From Antedon mediterranea (Eukaryota > Animalia > Echinodermata): a DNA stretch of 64,000 nt. The translations under genes were made by a program, and so were the position numbers. The stretch spans positions 28,864,912-28,928,911 of the forward strand of contig NC_092675.1 in NCBI RefSeq assembly GCF_964355755.1, read 5' to 3'. Below, piece by piece: positions 1-12,900 of this stretch (the stretch's first letter is position 1; each line of letters begins with the position of its first letter). The notes below the pieces were generated by a model. It ran no database searches. It was not told where the DNA came from and saw only the letters and a program-made list of their open reading frames with translations.

Positions 1-742
1 ATTTAACACCAAGAAATTAAAAATCAATTTAGTTAGTTCATATTCAGGGTTTATCAACAAACTATTTGTGAATTATTTTACTTTACAACCAAACATTACT
101 GTACTCTAGTTCATGTTTCATGATACAGTGTGACAATCAATTTTAGTTTTATATACCTGAAATCAAAAGTTCTTAACAATTAAAACAAAAAGGTAATGAA
201 TGTATAATATAGGTGTATTAATGTAACATTGTCCTGTGATTCTGTGCGTTACCAACACCTTTCACAAAATCGAACTAGGATGGTGTGTATCGGAAGTTTG
301 CCAATTTATGGGTTTCACAGATTTCAATATTGGTGCTTAACTTTTTTTTTTAATTCCTTAAAATGTCCTTGTACATGGCACTTTTTTTATAAACTTTTAC
401 TCATCCTTATTTATACACAATAAAATATTTGTATCCAATACATTGAGTGATGGTATCCTGCTAGGAATAAATACATAAATAGTTCTAAAGAAAACGATTA
501 TGGTGAAATGTTACCCATATTAAATATTTCTCTTCAAATATTTTAATTTCACTGAATTCACAACATAAATTAAATTCCACTTAAAACAAAATCCCACTCC
601 TCCTTTCTTCAAAGCATCTTTTACAGTGGTACACATTTCAACTCCTCATCTACTACATTCAAATTAACATATAGGCTAGGCCTAGGCCAACTTCAGAATT
701 CACAAATTAAAATCTCTATAAATATATAAACAAAGCAATTAC

Positions 743-1432
743 CAAGTTTTCGCCTCTTAATCGGTTCCAATTACAAGAGAGATGTAAAACACAAAAATCC
801 ACCACGCACAAGAGGCGAGCTGAATGATTAGGTCCAGCTAGCAGCAGCGAAATACTCTCCGCTTGACAATAAATCAGCCGCACACACAGACTGATGAAGA
901 TAATATGAATACAATATCGTTTATAAAATACGAAAAACAAGTCTGTACATTTCCCGTATCCAAGTAAAATGTTCCTGGATAAACTATATCAATGTCTACA
1001 TCAAAGTAAGTCCAGAAAATAGTTACATTTTCACATAGAAATAGTAAATACCAACACTCTCGTGAAGCCGTACACTCTCGCACTTCGTTCTCCAAAATTT
1101 GTACTTCACCACACACCACACACAGCAAACTGGTTACCTCATTAGCTATGCATGAATAACCGCAGCACACATACAATTCCGAATAAACCTGTGTTTACAC
1201 ACAGCGCTGAAATGGGGCGGTGGTGATATCAATCCGCCATCTGAATGGAAATTACTTAACATCGTATCAATGACCTTGGTACTTAAGTGCTCAAAATTAA
1301 TAATTCCATCTACCTTCAGCGCAAACAATGCCGCTAAATTACACCTTTGGGATTGATCAGACCCTTTGAATGGTCTTTGTTTGAAGTTGTAAGGATTCTG
1401 TCACATAAAAATGATGATTGGCAGCTTCAAAG
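743..1432 (-). other. Possible promoter and non-coding first exon of a - strand gene continuing off the left edge
   Basis: CpG-richer than its flanks; - strand donor-like TTG|GTAATT at 741-742; CCAAT box (ATTGG ~1417) and several CTTTGWW motifs. No convincing protein in the ORFs here. Confidence 0.3.
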
Positions 1433-3330
1433 AGACTAAATGTTCATAACTGCAATATCTCTTTGAGTTTAAGACTTTATCAATGAAAATGGTTTATAGA
1501 ATGTTTAATTTCGTTTCTTTCGACGCAACTTGAAACATTCATTTCCTGCATCTTATTTCGCAATTTACTATACGTTACTCCTCCTAATGTGGGCCTATAA
1601 AGTAATTCGTTTCAGCTTCCACTTTCTTTAGTTATTGATTCCGAACAGTAGATATTGAATACAATTATTATTTACTTGTTTTGGAATTAAAGCAAATATA
1701 TGCGTCAACGTAAATTAAGCCTACTGCAGTATGGGAACTTTTTCATTGTTTCGGACGCGTAAATTAATTTACATATGAGGCATAGTATAATAGGCCTAGG
1801 CCTACAGGTACTTTTTTACAGGTAGTATTGTAGCGAAATGTCACGTAACATCGTCATTCAAATTTTAATTTGAATATTACAATATCTTATCTTCTCATTA
1901 TTTATTTCCATCTTAGTAATGCGTTTTGTTGTGGGTCCTTGCGAGACAAGTTGTAACTTCTAGATCCATGATAATAATGACTACCAATTACTGCTTTATC
2001 TATGTTCACTTTAATATCTTTTTTTATGTTCATTCATTATTATCTGAATAAATGTTATCTGAATCTGAGTCCATCTCCCCGAGAGTGTAATTTAATTCGC
2101 TTCCTTTAGATATCTGACTTGCTTCATTTTACTCTTCCTTCGGATGTCTGCTCAAGAACCATCTTCTTGTTTAGTTGCTTCCTTTTTCCTATCTTTTCTT
2201 CTGAAATGGCCAATTTAATTTAATTCATTTTAATTTTAATTCTAAATATTTTATGCGTTAATGTATATCTTTATAAATTATATTTATTTTAATTAGATTT
2301 TTATTATTAGGCCTACGTGTTCAAACGTTGTTTGTATTTTTGTGAGGGTCCTTAAGGATCGGCTTCGGCTGGATGGACCATCCTCGTAAAATATTAGTGA
2401 AATAAAAGTAAATAAATAAATAAACATCGATTGTCGTTCGCAACCTTTTTGACCGCGACCTCATGACCCCATGATCCTATTTTGGGAACATTGCGTCATC
2501 GGCATCATCTTTACATTGTTCTACATTTGTCCCTAATTTTTAAAATTGAGGGCGCTAAGCATAACATTTGCGAGATCGAATCCACAGACAAAAAACACTG
2601 ACTGAACCGACTCGCCGCACGTCATCAGAGGGAAAACTGTAAATGTAAAATGTAATCAGTGTTGTAGATTCTACAAAACTGAGAACATTTCACATATAGG
2701 CCTAGATCAGTGTAAATTGATAACAAGTATCGGAAACAATTTCGCGACCCATACATTTTTGAGTCGCGAGTCGGTTGCGGAACGGCGCTCTATAATAGTA
2801 CAGTAAAAGTAATAGTAGTCTATAGTAGAAGGAGGCACCGGATCCCTGAAAAGACTTAACCGATGCTAACTGGGGTACTTACACACTGATCACCAGTTAG
2901 TGGTGATGGTGTATCCCCATACTCCAGTTTGGGTGCTAGCTGAATGTTTTTGTCCTTTTGTTCTCTTCCTCCTCTTCTCGTCCTCTCCACTCTTTTTCTT
3001 TCTCTAAACATCGTTTATTTGCGCTATATAAATCTATCTATTATTATCATTATTATTATTATTAGTATAATAATGATTTTTAAAATTACGTTTACACATG
3101 TGACGTTTAAATACGGAACAATTATGTCCACAGTTGAAACGAAAGAAATTCTACAAGACACCATTTTACACGAGAATTTAGGAATATACAAGTAACTGTA
3201 CGATCTATAAATTGATGAATTATAAATTGTGGAATAAAAACCAGAACAAGTTTATATAAATAAAAAGCGGAGTGGTGAATAATAAATGTTTACTTTATAT
3301 ATTGAAAATTTAGTATGAGATGTATCAATG

Positions 3331-3435
3331 ATTGGCAGAAAACTTTTATCCAATCGGATTTCCGAATTGTAGTTCATCGTTGGGGGCGTACGACTAATAT
3401 TAATCGCCACCGAAAAAGTTTGCAGCCGGCCGCGA
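3331..3435 (+). promoter_or_regulatory. Putative promoter of the TSP1-repeat gene
   Basis: ATTGG 3331-3335, CCAAT 3350-3354, GC box GGGGGCGT 3382-3389 and a local CpG cluster, ~600 bp upstream of the ATG at 3991. Confidence 0.4.
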
Positions 3436-3990
3436 ATCTTTTTATCGGTGGTGTTATTTGCATTTGTATTGCTTTTTATTAATGAACACTTCTAATCTGA
3501 TTGTTAGTATTAGATTCAATATAAAATACTCATCATGAAGCTTATGTTAACTGATTTTTGTAGGCTCAGGCCTATCTATATTTTGTATAGGCCTCTGAGT
3601 CTTATTAAGCTAGCTAGGCATAGTCCCTAGTCTTATTAGGCCTAGGGGTAGGTAGGACCTAGAGTAATATTAATAAGGTAGACTCCAATTACCAAGCGGG
3701 CTAGGGGTAGGCCTAGGCCTAGTATTTTTAATATGCGAATAAATAGTTAAAATAATTATTATATCTAGGCCCCTAAGCTAGTAATAAGGTTTAATACAGT
3801 ACAGATAACATAATGGGAAGGAAATGAGGGATTTGATTGTTTTATTAGCCCCCAATTCCTCGCACCATGCATTGTGCAATAATGCTATAAATGACAGCAC
3901 AAAGCTGACACTTTTCTAGCTTGGACGGTGGTAAATTCTTTACAATGTTTTTCTCTTGATTAGGTTTAGATTTAAAGAATTCAAGACACC

Positions 3991-6900
3991 ATGTATGAGA
4001 TCAAATCAACATTTTTCAAACTAAAATGTGTTAGCATTTTGATACTTTGTACAATGTTACTACATATGACATTAGGTATGTAAAAGGTGAGGAGGTCATT
4101 AGTTTAAAAATCACCATTTTTAGTCAACGAAAAGGAAATGAAAAGGTTGAAATTGTATATAGTTTGAAAAAACTACAATTACAAAAACTGTCTTATTTTT
4201 TATTCAATGGTAAAATAGAAGTATCCTGAGGCGATGATGTTACTGAATACTTACTTACATAACCTTTTTTAGAAGTTCAATAACTTTCCAAATGTCCTCT
4301 TAATCTATTTTAAAATGGTTTTAGTTTGCATGATTATATCCTATGGCTATGGATTAAATTTAAATGGATACAAATGTTAAATGAATTCTGAAATAACTAA
4401 TATCATACTACCTACTGTATCTACATAGCGTATCATCCTACAGATTTTTTGCATTGACATTTTATACAGTAATCAAATATACAGAAATAAGTAATCTAAG
4501 GGCATTGGGTTACAAAACACATGAACTAGATTCACTGTTCATTTCTTCTACTTGGCTTTAAATATATAATAATAGTTCATTCTTATATAGCGCATATAAG
4601 CAAGCTCTCAATGTGCTGTACATAAATTAAAATAGACGAGAAGTGGCAATAATTTAAATTAATGAAAACTTCGAATGGGTTTTGAAACAGTTTCCAATAA
4701 TCTTTGATTGATTTATAGTGATTTGTATATAAATTTATATATAAATATAAAATTTTAAATAATAAAGTCGCCTCCTTATCTTTCAAATTTATTCTCTGCT
4801 GCAAATTATATCCCTTACTTTTTTACTTGATTTGCTTAATATCTTCTAAAAGAATTTGAAATTGACCTCGATAGGCATGTAGTTGTCTTTTCTCTCCTTC
4901 CCTTTTTGTTTTTTTGTCTATTATATTGATGTTTTTATGCTTGTTACTATATTTTCTTTGTTTGTTTTGTTTTATCTTTATACTGGGTGACCTCTTCAGT
5001 CAAAGACTGATCTCCCAGAGGGCCCAGTTGGTGATCAGTGGCTGTGATGTACTAATACACCGGGGTAACCCCCTACTCGTCTCAAAAGATGTACTAGGTT
5101 CTTTAAAGTGCACACGAGCAAGTTGTGTACACTGGACCTACGGTTTATAGTCCTTATCCGAGAAGACTTTTTCTACCACCAGAACCATGGAGTTAGTGAG
5201 CCTCGAACCCCTGCCGATGTTATGGCTACGTGATTACGGTTCCACTGTCTTAACCGCTCGGCCACTCACTCACATCCATCTTATGGATGAATAAAAGGAA
5301 ACTTACACTTCCATTTAAAAAAAAAGAATTTATCTCCTCAAACTAAACCCAGAACTAATTATATAATAATATAATAATTTCCCTATCGAACATTTATTGC
5401 TTAGAATAGTACTATAAAACTCTGTCTACACTATCAAACTTATGTTAATTACATTTTTTGTTAATGAATCGCTCCTACTACAACCACTGTTGATGCCCTA
5501 AATCTACCTTAAAAGTATCAAACTTTACGTGACAAACAAATGTGATGTGCCCATATATGGACATGATGATGTCATATCACTACCATATTTGGGCATATCA
5601 CTACCATATTTGGGCACATCCCACTTTTTTTGTCAAACTAGTTGATAGTGTAGACAGAGCTTAAAATTCATTCATATACAGGATTAAAGATATCTTGATC
5701 TTTTCAGGTGTTGGAACTTGGGCAGAATGGAACAACTGGTCCACTTGCAGTATATCGTGCGGGGCTGGAGGCTCTGAGACACGTTTCCGTCTGTGTGATG
5801 GTGCCGACTGCATGGGTAGTGATTTTGAAGGCAGACCCTGTGTCAGTGTCCCGTGCCCAAGTAAGGATAAGTTTAGTATATAATAACATGCAATATAACC
5901 CTATTATACTTTTGGTACCCAAATAAAGTGTCCTTTAATAGTGGTGTCCTCTGAATAGGGGTTGGCAGTTTGTGTTGGAACATAATACAATATGTTGCTA
6001 TGGAAAGTATAGCCTTAAGCATATACAGTAATATCCTTCATTCATTTCAAGGGAAAGCGTCCCCTTAAAGGGGGTGTCTCCTGAATAAAAGTGCCCCAAA
6101 GGAGGTGTATATTTCTACTCAAAAAAATGCAATAGAAAATATAAAAATTTGGTATAAAAAATTATTAAATGTACTGTACCTACAGAAGGCAGTAGGATAT
6201 AAATATTTAACATTTATTATTAATTTTGTTTAAAACATGCTATTTCATAAAATATTAATACAAATTGCTGTTTATTGTTCAAATAACCCAATTAGTATTA
6301 TATAACTTAAAAATCAGATGTTATGTTTAAATTTCAGTAAATGGTTACTGGCTGGAATGGAATCTATGGAGTGAGTGCACACTGACTTGTGGATCAGGGG
6401 AGAGAAGAAGGAATAGGCAATGTGTTGAACCACAGTACAATGGATTGCCTTGTTTAGGAACAAACAATGAAACAGAGATCTGTAATACTCAGTATTGTCG
6501 AGGTAAATACTATCCAAGAATCAATTACTGTACCATCAAATATAATTGTCGCCCTGAAAAAATTTAATTTAATTTTTTGGTTGAGACCATTTTAATGTCT
6601 TAATAATAGTCTTTTAGATTTTGTTAATCTATATTTTTCTTATTTGTACACATGCTTTACCAAATTGTTATCTAAATAATGAAATATTTTTTCAAATAAT
6701 GATTATTTCACAGTTAATGGTACATGGTTACTGTGGACAGAGTGGTCATCCTGTCCAGTGTCTTGTGCAGGGGGTACAGAGGTCAGGAACCGTACCTGTG
6801 ATGGACCTTACCATGGGGGTGACCCTTGCCTCGGAGAAGATGGTGAAGTTAGAGAATGCAATACACACCCATGTCCAAGTCAGTTAATTTTTGTATAATA

Positions 6901-9900
6901 TGAAAAATAATCATAACAATTTAGTATATTTTTATAATCTCTTTTTATCTTTTTTGTTTTATATGCTCCCGTTCATATGTAATTAAGATTGTTTGCTCAC
7001 TTTTTTATTGTGTTCTTCTTTGTTTTATATTTGTAGATAACATGTTTGCCCGCTGGGATTGTTGTCATTTTTTTATACCAAATAAATAAATAAAATAAAT
7101 AAAATAATTGTTTGTTTAAATCATTAAATAAACTAATGTAATTTTTTAATTTACGGTAGAACACCCTATTGAGGGAACACTTTCCTTTGAATGTTTTAAC
7201 GTCGTGAGGTATTTTCCCGATTGATCGTAATCAAAACGGTACTGGGTTTGGTCTACTAGCGTTCCTGCTCCCAACCAGTACATCCATTCATAGAAGCCTT
7301 AATGAAGTAAGCCTACCTGGTGGTGGCCATAGAACGGTCCCGAGATAACGACTATACTTCGGCTTTAGTCGATAGAAGATTGAATAAATTGTTAGAGATA
7401 GAGTATACGATGTTATGATTATGTGTAGATATGCGATTTGTTCTTTTTATTCAAATGATGTTATGTATTTAATAAATTTGTTATATCAATTAATTAAATT
7501 ATCGTAGATTGCATATTATGCGATAAATATTATTTAATAAATTTTTGATATATTATTATTATTATATTAATAAAAAGATATTTGTTAGTATAAATAAAAA
7601 ATATAGATATAAGGAAGAAAAGCAAAGAGATTATGGAGCGGCTGTACCAGAATATACAACACTAAGTATTGTAAAGTTAATATATTAAAAATTTAGGCGA
7701 TCTTGTCAAAGGTCAAGTGCCTTCAGTCTGCCACGTTTCGATATTCAATATTGAACTTGACCTTGAATCATGAATAACACATGAGATCTACTTACTAAAT
7801 ATACTAAACATGGATTAATTACATATTTTTTCATTTTCAACATTACTTAACAACATTTATTTGACGCCAGTTTCGTTCTTTGTCTCTAGTTGATGGTGGA
7901 TTTTCTGAATGGACCCAATGGACTGTTTGCAGCTCAACATGTAATTATGGATTAGAAGTTAGAAAACGTTGGTGTAACAATCCACAACCAATGCATGATG
8001 GGAAAGATTGCAGCGGAGCACATAAACAAAATAGGGAATGCTACATCATCAGTTGCCCTCGTAAGCCATGTCCTATATTTGAATAATATTATAGATGATA
8101 TAGCTCAAAAGTGTGGATATGATATTAAATAAAATATTTGCGCACACATTAAAAATTATCTTAATACAAAAATCCTGATGATGATCAAATAAAGATCGAA
8201 ACATTTAATCATGGCTTGCCTCTTGTCATTTGGGGTCAGTTTTTTACTGTGTTATTTAAACATTCTTATTATGCAACTTAAAATAAATTTTATTTTTATC
8301 TTTAGTGTGCCCCAATTCCTGTTTAATTTCATCTTTAGTCAGTTACTATGATTTATATATTAATATTTTGATATTTTATATCATGTATTGTTTTGTGTAA
8401 GTATAGGCTTTTACATAATTTAAATTTTATGACTTTTTTACGTTTCAGAACCAGCTTTTATAACATATAAATATAGATAAATTTTGTCTATATTTTTTGT
8501 CTCGTAATTTGGAAACAGGTCAAATGAGTAATTATTAGTGTGTTTTGATCTCAGGGCACGGAGGTTGGTCAACGTGGAGTGAATGGACAACGTGTACTGC
8601 CGCATGTGGATGGGGCGCAAGAAAGCGTTACAGAGCATGTGACAACCCCGTGCCAACGTACGGCGGTGCATTCTGTGTAGGAACAGCAATTGCAGCGGAA
8701 AGCTGTATTGAGGAATTGTGCCCAGGTAAAATATTTAAGTAACATTAAATTACTAATTAAAATATTTTTTAATTTAAAAATAAAACTTTGACTTAAAATA
8801 TATAATATTATTAAGCTCTGTCTACACTATCAAACTTTATGTGACAACAAAATGTGATGTGCCCATATGTGGACATGATGATGTCATACCACTACCATAT
8901 TTGGGCACATCACACTTTTTTTGTCAAACTACTTTGATAGTGTAGAGATTTAGAATTATTTTCAAGTACTTGTGATTGTTATTATCAAATTGATATAAAC
9001 TTCATTGTTCACAGTGCACGCCAGCTGGGGATTATGGGGCGAATGGGGAAACTGTAGTCAGAGTTGCGGAGCAGGCGGGACGTACATGAGAGAACGTGAA
9101 TGCGACAGCCCCCCTCCCATGTATGGTGGCGACTACTGCATAGGAAGCAATTCTTCTGTAGCTGATTGCTATGTACAGAGATGTGAAGGTAATCTTAATA
9201 ATTGTCAATTTCTATTCAAGGTCAGAATTTTGTATTAGATTTCGATTCTACCAATTTTCAACCGATTTTAATGCATTATTTTATCGCTAGATTGTATATA
9301 AGCCATGGATTAATAAATTGCTGCTAAAATAAAAATAGCATGCATGGAATATTTATTGAAAGCTTAGTTTAAAATATTGTTTAATATTTATTATGCATTT
9401 TTTTTTCAAGGTGAAATAACTTAATCATTTTTAATTTGTGAAATATTACAAGTTTTCTACAACATTAGTCAGCGCATAACAAAAGCAATTTGTGCCGTTA
9501 TTGCATTTTACTACAGGAAGGCTTTTATTATAATATTGAGAATCAATACAAAAAAATTGATATAAATTATTATTCATAGCTATAAAGCTATATTTTAATA
9601 TCATCTAGGCGGCATTTTTTGTTCATCTTTGCAGAGGTTATAAGACACACTCGCCTCCCTCAGGCCCATGATTATGGTAATCATTAGGGTCATGAGGATT
9701 ACAGACCCAATCTCTCTTCTTCATTTTTCTCCGTCGGCAGCTGCTGGTACTGCTTATTCTATGATATTCATGCCAGTATCTCCTGTTTTTGTTTTCTTCT
9801 TTTTCTCTCAGATATACCTCCTTTGTGTCTTCTCTAACTACTCACATGTATGGAGTCCATTCTTTCATATTGTCATGCCAGTCACACTTTCTGCAACACC

Positions 9901-12900
9901 CCCCACCCCAACCTCAATCGCACTCCTTTTAATGATAACTTGCAGAATTATGTTAGACTATTTTAGTGCAAAAATACTAAAATAATATTGTATATATCCT
10001 TTTTTAGTATTAGCTGTTTAGTTTTTTTAGGTCTTCAACCTTGTACAAGCTTTTAGCTTTTTGTTGTTGATCCTTTTCATATTTTTTGCATTTTATCTTT
10101 GACATGTTTTATAATGTTTATGTTTTTTTTATGAATAAAATGAATGAAATGAAATGAAAATGAAATGAAATACACAAACAGAACCACTCCATTATAAACA
10201 AATATTAGCATATTGTTATTTTATCTGCCAAATTGCAACTTTAGCACATTTTTACGATATTAATATTGATTTCTACTTAATTGAAGAAAGTTATACTTTA
10301 GTTATGGTAAATCATACTTTGTTTCTATTACAATATTTTTTTTTGGCACAACAAATGTTATAGTGCAGACAGAGCATAATACTAACATGTACTTATAATT
10401 TAACTGGTAAAGTTCAAAACTGTTTATTTTATGACCATTTGATATGTGTAGGTGATGGTGGTTATACCGAGTGGAGTGACTGGGGAGTATGTAGCAAGGA
10501 ATGTGAAACAGGTGTACAACAAAGAACACGCACCTGTACCAACCCACCACCTACACCTCCAGATGGACAATGGTGCCATGGTGTAGCAGAAAAAAGCAGG
10601 CCATGTAACACTCATATTTGTCCAGGTATGTTTCTTTTTCTACAAATATTGTAGTGATATGCTCAAATATGGTAGTGATATGACATCATCATGTCTATAT
10701 ATGGGCACATCACATTTTTGTCACATATTTCATGGAATGTTATGTCCTATTGGATCGAATGCCTTTCACCTTCAACGTAATTATTCTAAATCAATTTTAA
10801 ATAAATTCTATATAAATTATTATATAGTAATTATTAATATTATTACATAAATTATAGAATTAAAGTCTTATATTTTTTTTATTTTTTTATGAATATTAAT
10901 AATTGAGTTCATGGAGGATGGGCTGAGTGGAGTCCCTGGACACTGTGCGCAGTCACCTGTGGTGGGGACACTATCACAAGGGACAGGGTGTGTACCAATC
11001 CACCACCCCTATTTGATGGTGACTTTTGTGAAGGAGAGCCCTTTGAGGAAATTGATTGCAACATAAATGGATGTCCCGGTTTGTGAATTATTTTGTTTGA
11101 AGACTTTAGTTTTGTTTATTTAGGAAACTTATGATTGTTTATTTCTAATTTGATCTATAAAAAATAAAATATTTACCTCGCTTATGCACAAATTTGGTAT
11201 TAACTATTTGATTATTTTCTTTTTTAAATAAATGTTCAATTAAATTAAGTATTAGTTATTATCTTTCTTTGGAAACAATTACATTTTAAAAAGAAAAAAT
11301 AAGTAAATCAATATAGAGTTTTTTATTATAATATTAAAACCAAAATAACAAATGCTGAAAATAATTCTTGTTTTCTTCACTATTCCACATATTAAGTTTC
11401 TTTATACATATATTGACGTATATTGACAGTGAATGGTGCTTGGACTCTATGGTCCGAGTGGTCAAGTTGTAGTGTGACCTGTGCAGGTGGTACTAGAGAT
11501 CGAACTAGGACATGTACAAACCCGGCAACTGCCTGGGGTGGGATACCTTGCCCTGAAGACGACGAGACTCAACAGTCTGAAACATGTAACATGTTTCCTT
11601 GCCCAAGTATGTTGGGACAATTTTCTTTATAAAAAATATTTATAATTTTTTGGAGAATATTATCATTATTTTTATGAATAAAGTAATTATTTTTAAATGT
11701 TACTTTGCTTATTTGTAGACATGTGTATTAACCACCACATTACAGCAAAAAATTAATTAAATAAAATTCAATTGTTTTTAAATTGTTTTATTTCAACAAC
11801 ATTTTACAAATGGTACATCCAGCCGAAGCTGATCATTAGGGACCTTCACAAAAATACAATATGACAAGACATAAACATACAACAATATGACAAGACATAA
11901 ACATACAACAATATGACAAGACCTAAACATACAACAATATGACAAGACATAAACATACAACAATATGACAAGACCTAAACATACAACAATATGACAAGAC
12001 ATAAACATACAACAATATGACAAGACCTAAACATACAACAATATGACAAGACATAAACATACAACAATATGACAAGACATAAACATACAACAATATGACA
12101 AGACATAAACATACAACAATTTAAACATAAAACATAACCAAATCAAATAATGAAATAAATTTGAATCACACAGGAAATCAATTAAAACAATGAAAAAAAT
12201 ATATTTTTCATATAAAAGTTATAATTTAATTACGTAGTCGATGGTGGATGGTCTGGCTGGTCAGAATGGGCAGATTGTCCAGTGACTTGTGATGGTTTTG
12301 AACTGACCAGGACACGAACATGTGACAACCCTGTTCCTCAGTACGACGGCAACAAGTGTCCAGGAGAACCCACTGATGAATTCATGTGTAATGATCAGCC
12401 ATGTCCTGGTATTTACATTTCTGTTACTCAGCCAGAAATCATTAATAAATTCATAAAATTATATCATGGCATAAATTAGGACATTATAGAGGGTGCAATA
12501 TATAAGTATGGATATAGATCGGATAATTTTTATCAACAGTTTTTTTTTTCATCAATCATAATTACCATGAAACATACATTTAAGACAAGGAATGACCAGG
12601 TCTAATGTTTTTTAAGTAATATACTGCATATGCATTATTTTTACAAAATGTCAAGAATTGTATGGAATGGGGCTTTAATCTACTTGTGTTATCCTTTAAC
12701 TAGTGGATGGCGATTGGTCGACTTGGAGTGTTTGGTCAGATTGCAGTGAACCTTGTGAAGGTGGTACCCAGACTAGATCCCGCTCTTGTTCGGATCCTGC
12801 ACCAGCATATGGTGGTTTTCCATGTCCCAGTAATTTCACAGAACAAGAACTCTCCACGCCTGATGGTGTTGAGCAGGTTGAAACTGAAGAAATGAATTGT

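Noticed and set aside
229-3195. Short ORFs at the left end
   Set aside because: No domain signal, low-complexity composition and no consistent splice phase.
5200-5270. tRNA gene
   Set aside because: A and B boxes are present but I cannot fold a full cloverleaf, and it continues into a SINE body.
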